The notes beneath the pieces are model-generated. The model was not told the origin of the DNA and did no database searches. It saw nothing but the letters and a program-made list of their open reading frames with translations. Below, piece by piece: positions 14,576 to 28,124 of a DNA stretch of 64,000 nt; the stretch's first letter is position 1; every line of letters begins with the position of its first letter. Position numbers and translations under genes: made by a program. Source of the DNA: Camelus dromedarius (lineage: Eukaryota); the NCBI RefSeq assembly GCF_036321535.1, contig NC_087437.1, positions 11,596,001 through 11,660,000 of the forward strand. Reading direction: 5' to 3'.

Positions 14576-14830
14576 TTTTACTGTTATTTTTTATTATTTT
14601 TGTTTTTTATCGAAATATAGTTGATGTACAATGTTGTTTTAGTTTCTGGTGTACAGAGTAGTGATTTAGTTATAAATATATATACATATTCTTTTTCATT
14701 ATAGGTTATTACAAGATATTGAATATGGTTCCCTGTGCTCTACAGTAGGACCTTGTTGTTCATTTATTTTATATACAGTAGTTAATATCTGCAAATCTCA
14801 AATTCCTAATTTATCCTTCCCCCCACCCCC
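14576..14830 (-). mobile_element. Cetartiodactyl L1 3' end
   Basis: T-rich tail then aatatagttgatgtacaatgttg..ggttattacaagatattgaatatggttccctgtgctctacagtaggaccttgttg. Confidence 0.85.
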
Positions 14831-16233
14831 ACCCCCCAAACCCTTGCTTTTGAGACCCTGAAAGATCTCACTCAACTGGGGGCTTTAGTTTATACCATGT
14901 GTCCTTCTGTCCGTGAGAAACGTGAATTCTGAGGTGATTTTGTTTCTCAGTGTGGCTGAGAGTTGACGACACAGCATAACTTCAGGTAAATCATTACTTG
15001 TGATTCAATTTAAACACTGGTATGAACATAATACTTGAAAAATAATCAAACCAGTCAATCTGTTTAGATAAGAATTTTGACCCTCAAAGTTAATTTTTTA
15101 CTTCTATATTCCTTCGCTACCTCCCCTTTCTAATTCTCCTCTATTTCAGAAAGTCTAAACTGCCTAAGAAAATTCTGGCTTCCTTCCAAGGAGGTATTTT
15201 ATTAACAGGAGGAGAAGAGAACTGTGTTCTGAGAGTCAATGAACTCCAAGAGTGATTTTTACTACTCCATTTCGTCTGGCTGATGAGGGAAACGGCTGTG
15301 CTGGGCCCAGTGCTGGTTTCAGTGGACTGGACAATGAGAGGATACTGTTTTGACATCACAGTTATTACTCTACCCTCTGAAATCTGTTTTTTTAAAGCAC
15401 TTTATCAGCCGCTTCACTGAATTTCTCTGCAAACCGTTACCTTCTCACCTAAGCCAGTAAAGCCATTAAGAAAGCAAGCATACAGTCCTTTTAGATTCTC
15501 AGCACAAATCATTTAAAAATAAGTTAAAAGTGTTTTTGAAGCTCATAGGAATGTGTTCTTTCAATCTGTTTTGGTTGTCACCGGAAGGAAACCGTCTTCA
15601 AAAAAACCAGGTTCCTCTCCGCTTTGTGGGACTATGAAATAGACTTTCGTACATGATAGTGATAAACGTGTTGAACTGTCTTCCTCTCGTTCAGTAACCA
15701 GTGTGTATACCACCCAGGCTTCTTAACAATTCTCTTTCGTACTTTTTAATCCCTTCGGCCATTAGTTAGCATCCATTTGAGGTAGAGGGTAAAGGGGCAA
15801 AGGTGGTGAATTTTGTGACTCCACGTAATTTCCAATTTGTTTGTCACTCTAGAAATAGTTTTGGGAGACAGACGATGAAACTAATGCAAATTGTGGTGTT
15901 CGGGGTCTTTTGGTGTCAGTAATTGTCAGATCTCATCTGACTGTGATTTGTTAGGCTTTACTGGACTACATACTCTTTGACGGAGAAGGAGGGAGGGAGG
16001 GAGGGAGGGAGGGAGGGAAAGAAGTCTCAGCAGAAGGACCTTTCTGGTCTTAACACTTCTCTAAGCTGGCAGGTCTGGTTTCCCGCTGGGGACACCGCCT
16101 TTTTGAGAAAAGCTGAGCAAATCTGGAAACTGCAGTGAACACTTCAGAGTTATCATGGCGGCAGCATCTCAGTCACTGCTCTACTGCTTTACGGCAGAGC
16201 TTGGCGGATGTTCACCGACCCCCAGGGCATCTT

Positions 16234-16355
16234 GTCAAATGCAGATTCTGGTCCAGCAGGTCTTGGCTGGGGCCTGAGACACTGTGTTTCTAACAAGCTC
16301 CCAGGGCCTGGCCTGTGTCTGACCCAGGGCCCACATCTGAAGAGTGAGGTTCTGT
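16234..16355. mobile_element. MER5A-like hAT DNA transposon remnant
   Basis: aaatgcagattctgg..cagcaggtct..ggggcctgaga..tttctaacaagctcccagg. Confidence 0.7.
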
Positions 16356-17002
16356 AGGATACTAGTGCATGCTCTGGCTGCTAATAATTCAGCTAGTACT
16401 TTCAGTTTCCTCCACCAAGCCTTTGACACATGGTAAAATTGACCGAGTCAAGCATCCCCTCCCTCATAGCACAGTAAATGTCGTATCGGTGGCCTGAAAG
16501 GATGCATGGTCCTCTGTGAACACCCAACTTCCTCTTGAGGAAGGATTTAAGCGCCAGCAGAATTAGACTCATACTGTTCAAGAAGAAAGACCAAACTCCA
16601 AACCAACAGTAATAGCAAGAAAGACGATGTTCCAGCAGACCCTCAGATGCCCAGGCAGGACGGCCTCTAATCCTCAAAATGTTACCTATTATACATATTC
16701 TAAAAAGACAAGAATTAATGCACTTAGTTTATGTCAGTACTTATCATGTAAATATTAATTGAGAATGTATTTATTTGTGTTCTGGGAGTCTCAGTATCAC
16801 CTTTTACTTTCAAAATACATTTCAGTCCATAGAGCAGAAGAAGTTAAATTTTAGCCATTCAATTCTAAGCAATCACTGCAAACCGCGTACATCAGAGAGT
16901 AACTCACGTTTCACCCGCTGTCCCCACGGCTTTGCTCCCACTTCCCCTACAAATAATATTATTCTATGTATTTTAAGGAGATTTTATTTAGCATATTTTC
17001 TT

Positions 17003-17090
17003 TTTTTTTTAATTTGTTTTTTTATTGAAGCACAGTCAGTTACAGTGTGTCTGTTTCTGGTGCACAGTGCAATGTCCAGTCATGTATATT
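17003..17090 (-). mobile_element. Very short camelid L1 3' end
   Basis: polyT + attgaagcacagtcagttaca..tttctggtgcacag; TSD gcatattttctt (16991-17002) / gcacgttttctt (17091-17102). Confidence 0.75.
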
Positions 17091-18049
17091 GCACGTTTTC
17101 TTAATGGCATTTTGAATGTATTGGGTAGTGCACTCTGTCATTTTTACAGCAAAACAGAAAAGCTAAAGCAAGAGGCTTATGCATCTGATTTACCTATTTA
17201 AAATTTAGCAGAAGTTACCATTTCTTTTCTTGTGTTATATCACAGTAAGAAAACCAATCCTCTGGTTTAAATTATGAAGCAAACACCATCAGGGGCATCA
17301 TAGAGTTAGAGATGATCAGATAAATTGCACTGAAAATCAGTTCACTCCCACTTACATGCGTTAATGACGGACATAGTGGCACAGACGATTTTCAAACCAC
17401 TGGGTTGGTTTTATAATATTTGTGATTTTTTTGTACCACATTCCTTTTTATCTTCTTAACATGTACAAACTAGTATTGAAATAATTGGTTTTTGTTCCTG
17501 TAACCTACCCTAATCTAAGCAGGGAGAACATGAAGGCTTTACTTCACGTTTCACTAAGTAATTGTTGGCCATCTTGAGAGTCAATTACGTGGCTGTGCAG
17601 TAACCTCGCAGGAATTATCCCTTAGTAATGACTCAGTGTCAGTTCTGAAACACTCAGGGGTCCCACCAGCACGGACAGCTTCCAGAAAAAAATGAGGAAC
17701 AGGTCTTTGTTTCCATTTACATAGTCTACCTCAGCAAAATGCTGTGATTTTAGTTGATAAAGCACTTCACGTGTCCTCTTACAGGGCTATTTGTATTTCA
17801 GCAAAAGATTCCAGAAGATTGAAAAATTGTAAAGACTCGACTGTAGGGGTCTTCAGGCTAGAGACTGTATGTCCTGAAATTTGACTTTAAATTATCTTTT
17901 CAAATAGACCATTTCCTAGGCAACAGTACAGATTCTCAAATGGTTCTACAGTCCCCAAAAGGCTAAGAACCATTGCTAATAAAGGAATTTAAATCAGTAA
18001 AAAGAAAAAAAAAAAGTGTCAGAATCGCTTTGAAGAAGTCGACCCCAAT

Positions 18050-18295
18050 CTTGGATTTTGGAGTAAGGCAAACTCTCCTTACTCCAAAGTGAATGGGTTC
18101 AAGTCTGCATTCTGTCAGTCACTCGCTGTGCCACCCCAGGCAAGTTACTTAGCCTCTCTGAGCCACAGCTCCTTTCTCTATAAAGTGGGGCTAAAATTAG
18201 TGCCTACCTCACTGGGCCTTTGTGAAAACTGAGTGTAATGTCTGTAAAGAGCTTGGCACGTAGTCACCACACTGCATACTCTCAAGAAGTAGTAG
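18050..18295 (+). mobile_element. MIR SINE
   Basis: tgggttcaagtc..gctgtg..caggcaagttacttagcctctctgagcc.cag..ctataaagtgggg..cctacctca. Confidence 0.8.
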
Positions 18296-20869
18296 CTGTT
18301 ACTATAATTACTATGACTATTATTTGTTTTATTAACATTATAAAATACACTCTGAAGGCAGAGGCTTTATCTACCAAGTAATAAGGCAAATTACTCTAAT
18401 GCCTCTTGCAGTTGGCTAATAAAACAGAGACGTGGCTAATTAACAACAATTAAATCATCTTTGACCAAGTCAGAGCTAAGTAGATTTTTTTCTCTAAAGT
18501 GATCTGACTTTATTCACTTTAACTCTAGGAGACCTAATCCAGTGACATGAAATAACTCTGAGTTTCAACAATCCACCAGCCTTCCAAAAATTTCCTAAAT
18601 TATAGGATAACTATGATTTCTATGTTCAGGGGTTTCCAGACATCATGTGAAATAAGCCAGGATTTATATTCAGCTACACTGAAGACAACATATTTGTGCT
18701 AAAGAACTGGTACCTTCTCAAATGGCCATGAACGGGACTTCTTAGCTGCTAAGTACATCTATAGCACAGTTTGCCAGGCAACTATTAACAATAATTTTAA
18801 GGAACACTGTTCAACGACATGGAATAATGTTCATTATACATTAAGCAAAATAGGCCATGCACAAAATTATGTGAAGCCTGATCCCATTTTTGTACAAAGA
18901 TGGCACAGAAAAATGCCTGGAAGAAAATACACCAACATTCAGTGGTGGGTGGTGAGATGATAGTGAATCTTTACAAAGAGTGTTCATTACTTTTGTGATC
19001 AGAATAATAACAAAAGGTATTACAAATATATAGGTAAAAATTAAAAACTTGTCAGCAGTGTGATATCCCGGAAAGGGTCCTAGATGCCACGGACTTGGGT
19101 TCTAGTCTAGTCACACAGGCATATGAAAATGATGACCTCAGACAAATTACCTCCCCATTTTGGAGCCAAATACAGCTCCTTGAAATTGAGAGTTTGAATA
19201 AATGTCTCTTTCCAGCCTGACATCCTAAAATTCTGGATGCGTGGCCACATGTTGCAGAAGAACTTTTTTGTTTTTCAGGCTAGCCCCCAAATGCTAAGTG
19301 GTGTCACAGAGGGACACTGGGATGGGGTCCTCTCATTTTCAACCTTTCCTGTACTGCTGACTTTTTAAATAATAAGGATTTTATTCCTTTGATAATTAAG
19401 AAAGATAAAGGGAAAAATTATTTGAAACAGGTAAGGGGCTCAGCAGAAATATGGGCTTGCAAACAAACTGAACAATTTGGTACATACTGTACCTTTAAAA
19501 TGGGTTAACATTTTATTTGACCTAAACAAATCTGTCCAAAAAAAAAAAAATCACACAATTGATAGCCACAGTCCTAGAATAAATGACTCAAGTCAAACAG
19601 AACAGACTCTTGTTATGAGAAGGAGATGGTTTTCTTAAGAAACGTCTCAGATGTGAAGTCCCTTGAAATAAACAGAACTATCACTGGTGGCATCTTGGCA
19701 GCAAGGCATCACTAAGATCACACCCTGGTCCAGACTATTAAATGTCAGGGAAATATCTCTGTGATTAAAATTGTTTTACAGTAACAAGCAGCAAGGAAAT
19801 CAGATTACTTGAAGCCTCAAAATCCAAACAGAACCAGACACATTTTAAACAGCTACCTTTGGCCTCGTGTCTAAAACAAATGCACTACCTCCCACTTTCC
19901 ACGAGCCCTGCAAAATAGAGAGGGGAGAAAGCTCTTCTCTCCTCCTGCCCAGATTCTTCCCCTGGAACTAGTGGGCTCTTCAGCTGCCAATGAGCAGTTT
20001 CCTCGAGGTGCTTTTGAAAGGGCATTGAAAGGCGGCAGCGATGACCCAGAAGCCTGGGAAAAATACCCAGTTTCTCAGGCTACCAGCCCCACCCCCTTCT
20101 GGGCAAGGCACCCAGCTGAGTGGAGCTGGTACCCAAAGCCCATCTGGTCTATGCATGAGCAGGAACAATTTCCCGCCCACGCTGTGTAACCTCCCTCCCC
20201 TCACGGCTGTAGGACTGTAGAATTACACAACCTGGCTGCTAGCTCTCCTGGCCAGAGCAGGGGCCCAACCACATTATCTATTGGGGCCCAGCTATTGACA
20301 AAGAGATTGCTTTGGCCTCATTAGTAAGAACATGGCGCTGTTTCTGTAGCAAGGGCCGGTTAAGAGGGCAGGAAGAAGTATCTGAAACCTTAACAGAATG
20401 TTAAACGGATTAAGATTTCTGCATAACCTTGTTAGTAGAAAACGTGTTTGAGGGAGGTGGGAAACGGCTCTCTCTTCACACCGTCTCATTTTAAAATTTG
20501 ATAATAATCTTTAAAGACTCTGCTGATAGAATCTTTTAAAAGGCACAGGTAATTATGTGCCTGCTACATGAAGCGAGTTGGAAAATAAACGATGTTGCTT
20601 GGACAATTTTCACTGATTAGAAATTGCTTCAGGAATATACTTGATTTGGGCCTAGAGTCTTGTTGTGGGCAAACTACTTCCCAAGAATTAGACAGACTCA
20701 GCAAGCACTGCCAACTATTGCCTCAAGAAATGGGTTTGCATTAGCTTGGTAAATATGGTGCCTCTTGACATAAATGCACAGCTAAATCTAGGTCATTAAA
20801 CTCCGGACCAAATGATCAATGGTGATGACACAGTCGTTTCTTAAACCTCAGCTTAATATTTTAATCTAG

Positions 20870-22480
20870 CTAATAATCTTGTTACTTCAGCTTTAATTCA
20901 TGTTTACCTGATGTATCTATTTCCATCCCATCACACTCCAGTTTTCTGAGCCACTGTGTTTTAGGTATGGTTTGCAAAGGGTCTAGAGCTGAAGCTCATA
21001 TTTTGATGCAATCTGGCAATCTTTGTCTTCAAACTGGAGAGTTCAGTTCATTTACCTTTATTGTGGTTAAGTATATATCTGAATCTATTTCAACTGCCTT
21101 AAGTTTTTGTTATCGTTCTTTTCTATTGGCCACACTTCTCCCTCGGTTTTTCTTCCCTTCTCTCCCTGCTATCTACTGAATTGATTGATTGAAATTTTCT
21201 TTTATTCCCCTCCCTCCACAAAGTTAAGTTCCAATAACTTTGGAAGTTATTCTGCTTCTACGGAAGTCATCCCCAGATTTACATATCTACGAAAATTTAA
21301 AGAAAACCATTACCCCTATGCTTCTCTAGACTAACACAAAGACTGTGGAAGACTATTATTTCATTTCCCCCTCACCCTCTGCTATTACAGTGCAGTGGTT
21401 AACATCGATATTATTTTTTACAAACACTCATCACAAAGTGTTAACTATTACTGTTGTTGTTGTTGTTTTACCAACAGTGCTTATCTAGAGTTCCCGCTAT
21501 GTTTGCCAGTTTCTTTGCTCACCATTTTCCCCTGCAGCCTACGGTTTTTCTTGGTTCAATTCTCTTCTCATTCAAGTGTATCTTTTAATAGTTCTTTCAG
21601 CAAGGTTATTCAGCCCAGTCTTATTTATCTGATTAGGTCTTTAATTTACCCTCAGTTTTGAGGTCTCCCTTAGCCAGTACAGAATTTGGGGTTGACGATT
21701 TCGCTTAGCATTTTGGAAATCACATTCTGCTGGCATCTAGCATCTACTGTAGCTGAGGGGAACTCGGCTGGCTGCTTGATGGTGATTACTTTGCAAGTGG
21801 TTATCCCAACTCCTTTTACATCTGATTGGCTGCATTCTCATCAGAATGGGTCTCAGTGTGGATTTGTTTTTATTTGTTCTGTCCAGGACTTAAGAGTTTT
21901 TCTTTAATCTGAACTTCCATGTCCTCGCTGTATGATGAGTGACCACATCAGTGCTGTCTTCAAATTCAGTCATTTTTTCCCTCATCTATGTCTAGTCTGT
22001 TCTTTCACTAATATGAAAAATGTCTTTTGGTTTTTATTTTTGTCAAATTTATACTTACACATAGTTTTAAGTATCAAATAGTTTTATAAGATTGGTTATG
22101 AAAAACTCCTCTCCCGACGCCTCTTCCGTGTAGATAAGTCTTCTACGCTCTTTCATTTATTTTTGGAAAAGAAGGTTTTACCTCCTCGTTCATGAGAACA
22201 TGACAGTGTCAATGCAACATTTCAGTTTCAGGCATGCGGATGAGAGTCCGTTCATCTGTCTCTGTGTCCTTGCGCACCCTTCTGACTTAGTTTGTTAGTG
22301 GGTTCCTTCTGTTCATTTTTCCTGTCTTCTCTTCCCGATATTTCTCTTGTTAAGATGTCGGAATGACTAAACTGCTCCTTTCATTATCTTGGGTTTTTTC
22401 TTTTTCTATTTACAATCACCATCTTTTTCTTCTCCTTTCCAAGAGATTTTCTCAACTTTATCCTTTACTTTAAAGATTGA
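20870..22480 (-). mobile_element. Ancient L1M fragments
   Basis: T-rich; caatctggcaatctttgtctt..ggagagttcagttcatttacctttattg resembles the reverse complement of old L1 internal sequence. Confidence 0.55.
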
Positions 22481-23784
22481 TATGGTTGGGCATAATTGAG
22501 GGTGCCCCTGATTAAATATCTTTAGATCTTCTTGAGTTGCTCAGATTTCCCAGAAAAAAAAAAAAAGACTCTTTTCAAACTACTACTTACAGAATGAAGG
22601 TCTGGGTGCTAGGGTTCTGGAAACCCAGTGTGGCAGGAGGTCTGGGAGTCATGTGTCTGGAATGTACACATTTACCTGATTCACACACACACAGACACCC
22701 ATGACTTTGCCAGTCTGACTTCTACTAATTCTTCAAAACAGGTCAAGCAGCACCTCCTCTGGGAAGTTCTCCGTGATCTCCCCAGTAGACACCCAGACTG
22801 AACCATCTCATAGAATCCAGCTTCTGTAATTGCCTAGTTAGACGTCTGTGCTCCTTCAGAACCAGCTTTCTCCACTGTGGATGTATGGGCTCTTGGCACA
22901 ATTACTAGCATATAATAAGCTCAGTAGATTGATGAGCTATTAAGTAATTCCAGAGGCACCCCAGTTAAAGGAGATGCTTACACATGGAGGAGTCACACAG
23001 GACTTGGGGAAACACTTCAAGTCAACTCGACTGTCACAGGCCTTTGGCATCAACATGAGTCCTACCCCTAATTGCAACTCCCCAACAAAACAGGGCACCC
23101 CAGATAAGCTGTTCACCTCAGCAGTCTGGTATTCCTTACCATATTTATATATGTATACCAGGGAAAGCATTCAACCTACTTCTTAGGAGCACCATGAAAT
23201 AGCTCTGAATATAATCAGTGTTGCTTTCAAATATGAAAGTTTCAGAGACGTGCAAAAATCAAACTGTATTGTTACTTAGGAAAAGAGAGGTATAAGGAAA
23301 CCAGGCAACTTTTTTTTCCTCTAACTTTTTTAGAGGAAAGTGTTGAAGAGCAACAAACTATGAACAGGTGTCTGTGCTGGTAAAGACTGAGGTATGAGTA
23401 ACAAACAGGGAACAGGCTGGGTAACTAACTTGTATAACTGCCTTACCTGTGCTTCTGAAGAATCTTTCAGAATCTGCAGAAATCTTCCAGTGAGCAAAGG
23501 GAAATAACCAAACAATCTGATGAAGACTTCAAATGAATGAAGTCAATGTTTACACAGTCACTGAATTTTAAAGTCAGAGTATCAGTCCATCCTCTCCCTC
23601 AAGATGTGGGTGTTGTGACTGTTCCTATAAAGGGCCATTTGGGCCCTAAGAAACATTCCCAAGCTGATGCCCTGGCACCATTCCTGGACCCCATAACTGA
23701 CAGGTAGGTTTTAAGACTCTTGAGTCAGTGTGACTCACATTAACTTTATCCACTGCTCCTAGTTTTGATTCTCACAGAAATCTA

Positions 23785-24200
23785 CACACCAGGCACAAGC
23801 TAGATGCACTACAAATACTATCTCCTTTGACTCTTCAAAACAACCCTATGAGACAAGGATTGTGTCTATTTCAAAGATGAGGGAACTGAGTCTCAAAGAA
23901 GTTGCCTTTGTTACTAGGGACTCAGCCAATAAACAGAGAGGCAATGTCATGCAGCATTTATGAGCATGGACTCCACAGGACTGCCCTGGGTCAGAATCCT
24001 AGTTCAAACGTTTACTAGCTATGTGACCTTAGGAAAGTTGCTCAACCTCTCTGAACCTATTGTATAAGATTTTTTTGTTATGAGGATTAAACAAGTTAAT
24101 ATGTGTAAATCCTGGTACTTAGCACCACAGAAGTATTTGTTAGATGTATAAAAGGATAGCAGAATTATGAATCAAATCCAGGTTTTTCTGGTTCCAAGGA
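23785..24200. mobile_element. MIR with a second opposite-orientation MIR inserted (~23935-24145)
   Basis: aacaaccctatgaga..agatgagggaactgagtctca, then gggtcagaatcctagttc..tactagctatgtgaccttaggaaagttgctcaacctctctga. Confidence 0.7.
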
Positions 24201-24469
24201 TACATTCTCAACCAAGACTCTTCAGTGTTAATTGTTAATGTTAACATGTTAATCTCTCAAGAGAAGGCAGCTACTCCATCCCTGAAGTTTTTTCTCTTCT
24301 CCATAAGCTCTTTTTTTCCTCAATGGCCCTTAATATTACCAGAATGGTTCCCAGAATTCTTTCCATCCTTTGGGCTTTTGACCTAACTGAAAGCGTGGGA
24401 CCCCAAATCACTTCTGTACTTCAGAAAATTACCGAAACCTTCCTAGATTTGAGCAAGGTTATTCTTCTA

Positions 24470-24635
24470 ATGCAGCAGTTTCTCTGCATCTCCTGGGATC
24501 TTGGTCAAGACATAGTTTCCAGCTTCAATCTAGACTAACTAAATCAGAAACTCTAGGGATGGGGCCCAGGAACCCGTATTTTAACAAGCTCTCCAGGTGA
24601 TTATGCTGCAGCTCAAATTTGAGTACCATGGCTGT
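24470..24635. mobile_element. MER5-like DNA transposon remnant
   Basis: aaatcagaaactctagggatggggcccaggaacc.gtattttaacaagctctccaggtgatt. Confidence 0.7.
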
Positions 24636-27600
24636 CCTGGAATTCATGGCCCCAGTAGAGGCTGAGGTACTGCATTGCTTATCAGATCATGCTAAATCGA
24701 TGATTAATGGTCTCCTAGAATCCAGGCCTCCAACATGTATCTAGTGCCGTGTTGTGGTTTTAAATCCTCCTTCAGGCCAGCTTGATTTGGGCCCGCTGCT
24801 CCAGCCCCTCAAGGCCTCTCTAAATCCATACTCTGCTGTTGGGCATGTTGGCTCTGCCCGCCAGCTCTGTGACCTCTGAACATTTGATAAGCATGTCATT
24901 CGTGTCTCCATGGTGTCACCCACAACATCCACACAGAGCTGGGGCAGAAGGCCAGAGGTCCTTGGCAGGTCCTCCTCCTCCAGCCTGATCTTAATCCATG
25001 AAAACATCCCATGTATATGGCTGCTCAACTCATGAAATTTCCTAACTATTAGCAGCCTGCGTATCTTTACCTTGTCCAAAGGAAACCATGAGACTAGCTT
25101 TGCTCTAAAACCATGAATTGTAAAGGTTTAAAAAAAATTCCTTCTGAGCAGAGAAGCTTCGGATATTCTTCTTAAATTTACCTTTTTCCTACTCTTCCTT
25201 TTCCCCCAACCGGGACAAAGTGTCTTGGAAGCAGGTCTACCCCAAAACTTTCACATTAAATTCATCACTCTGCTTACACCAGTTTTCTTTGAACTTTACG
25301 CTAATAACGTCTTTTCCTGGTATTCCTACTCTTCCCTATAGTCCTCCATGGCAGGCTTTTTTTTTTTTTTAAATAAATATTTTTACAGAATTGGAAATTG
25401 AAACTCAGAGAAGTTCAGCAACCTTTCCTAACATCATATCAGCTGGTCCAGTGGAGATGCCCGTATTTATATGCAGATCTGTCCAGGCTCATGCCTTACC
25501 TGCTCTGTCATATTAATGCCACTATGGCTGTATAGGCAGGATAATTAAAGAAAATGTTTAGATGATTTCTGAGACCATCTTAAGCCACTGCTGACACCAG
25601 AGAATACTCAGTTCCATTACTGATGATCCAAACAGCACATATCACAGCTGCTAGAAAGGTAACGTCCTAAAACATCCACGGGGATTTAGCACTTGGCTCC
25701 CTTCGACAAGAATCCTCTAAGGTATGAAGACCCATCTGGCCACTGTTCGTCTCATCCTGAAGGCTACCAGCCCCTACAAAGGGAAGACAGCTGTACAGGG
25801 GGCTAGAACATGGAGCCAACACTCGTCTCCTCCCGCTCTCTCTGGCAGGCTTCAAAAAGTCAAGTCCTGGACTTGTCAAAGCAAGTGACTCATCTCTCTG
25901 CGGGAAGAATGCCAAAATCAACTATACAGAAGATTTCTTTCTCCACCTCCTTAATTCTTGAGGACCTTATAGTCACTTAATGTAATGTAAGCAATTAGGA
26001 ACTTCCAGATTGGGTAGACAGTTGAGTAATAATGGAAGGAAACACTACTCAGGTCTTCCCACAGGCAGATTTCAGGGGAGCCCGATCAAACTGACTGAGG
26101 ACGACTCAGCTTCACTTGATGAAATAAGAAACACAGGCTCTGTTGATCTTCCAACTTCGGTTTTGCACTGCTGCGCCTTCTGTGCCAAATTTGCTATCTT
26201 CCTAGCTTGGCAGACCCAGCAGAAGCTTGGCTGTGATCTCCCATCTGCCTTATCTTCTTATATACAATCAACTTCCTTCCTGTTCTCCATGTCAAGGGGC
26301 TGGCCAAAGCTTCCTGAGAGGCTGAGTATTGTAACTGAGAAATAAATACCCCACGGAGTCCAAATGATAAATTACACAAATCAGTACAATTCTACCATTT
26401 TAAAACATAATAGGGAATATCGTCTTCAATTTTATTTTGAGAACCTAGCATGTTCTTGAAAGAGCTTCACTTGTTTTGATGGTTCGATTTTTAAAGTACT
26501 ATTAATTATGTATTTATACATCTGAGTCTCAGGACTCGGAAAACCAAAGAGACAAAGTTCCCTGTGTGCTTTGTTTTGTGTGATACCACACTGAACGTGC
26601 CAATCTGGAAACACTCTTACATAGTCTCCTTACTCACAAATGATTTTTCTGATTTACTATCGAATAGAAAACGAAAGGGTCTTCAGAACAAGTACAGCAT
26701 CCCTTTAAAAGCACAGAACTGAAGCCAAAGGCAACATAATGGGACAATGTCTTGAGGATTTAATCTTCCTTAGGTATGGACACAGGATAAGAAAACACAT
26801 GGCATTCAGGCCATCACTCCTACTTGTTATTCCACAGCAGGTATTACTAATCTATCAGAACATTCTACTGCCAAGCTCAAACACATCAGCCACCAAAGCC
26901 TACTTCAGCCGGCACAAAACGATCTGACTTCCAGGCTTGGTGCTAGATCTACTAGAATTTGTAGAATTAATGGCTACTGTTATGATTCAGATTTCTTATG
27001 TGGAAAAGAAAAAGATACAGTAATTCAAATACACAATACTTCCAGCAAGGATTCTGTCTTTAATACCTCATTAAAACAAACAAATAAACAAACAAACAAA
27101 CTCTGTTTTCATGGAACCAAAGACTGCTCTTCTGCAGACCACGCACACTATGTATAACTGACTGTGGGACTGGAAGAACAGGGAAGGGTTTAAGCCTCAG
27201 GCACTTACAGATGGGCACAGCACAGATTTGACGGTGCGGATTTGTATCAGTGCATTGGTGCATGTTGAAACATTTATTTTTCTTACTAATTTGAAAAGTG
27301 TATATGTGAAATTTGCCCAAAATGCTATAGAGAGAAGAATGACTTAACACAATGAACTGTACTTTTTAATTGAAAGAACATACTTAACATCTATGATAAA
27401 TCACAAAGGAAAACCACTACATTAGTATGTGGCTTTCTACAGCTAATGTTCTAAAAACAAAATGTTCTATTTGGCATGGACCTCAAGATTTGTAATGTTC
27501 TCATTAGTCTTGAGGGCAACAGTGCTACTTTATGCATTTGTAACCATCATGCAATAAGAAGTGAGATCTTTTCCAAGTAAGCAAAAAATTGTTAAAAATA

Positions 27601-27952
27601 CATTTTGACAAATATGAATAACTACAAAGTTGATATTATTCAAATTAATATTTTATTTCTTTAAGTAAAAACACAATTTATGGAAAAAAGCAAGCCACAA
27701 TACTGAATCACAATTTATTCCATTTAGAAATAAATAAATGAAAGAAATTGTAAAGAGCGACCATTTATAATGTTTCCAATATCCTTTCTCATATTGGTTT
27801 CAAATGATATATATTTAATATATTCAGTATATGTTCAAAATATATATGTTCATATACACTCAAATTATATAATTTGAACATATATACATAAGTATATATT
27901 CTCAAAGAGTTGTACACTAGCAATGAATTTTGGAACAAAGAAAACAGGATAG

Positions 27953-28124
27953 TTTTTTTTTTTTAATTTTTTGGTTGGTTAGTTGTTTTTTCTGTTTGCT
28001 TTGGTTTTTTTAAAGAGGGGAATCCCCCGATTTTTTTAAGTGAAGGTACTGGGGATTGAACCCAGGACCTCAAGCATGCTAAGCACGCGCTCTCCCACTG
28101 AGCTGTACCTGCCCCACCCTCCCC
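27953..28124 (-). mobile_element. Camelid tRNA-derived SINE (Vic-1-like)
   Basis: Reverse complement gcaggtacagctcagtgggagagcgcgtgcttagcatgcttgaggtcctgggttcaatccccagtacc with A/B boxes and A-rich tail. Confidence 0.85.
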
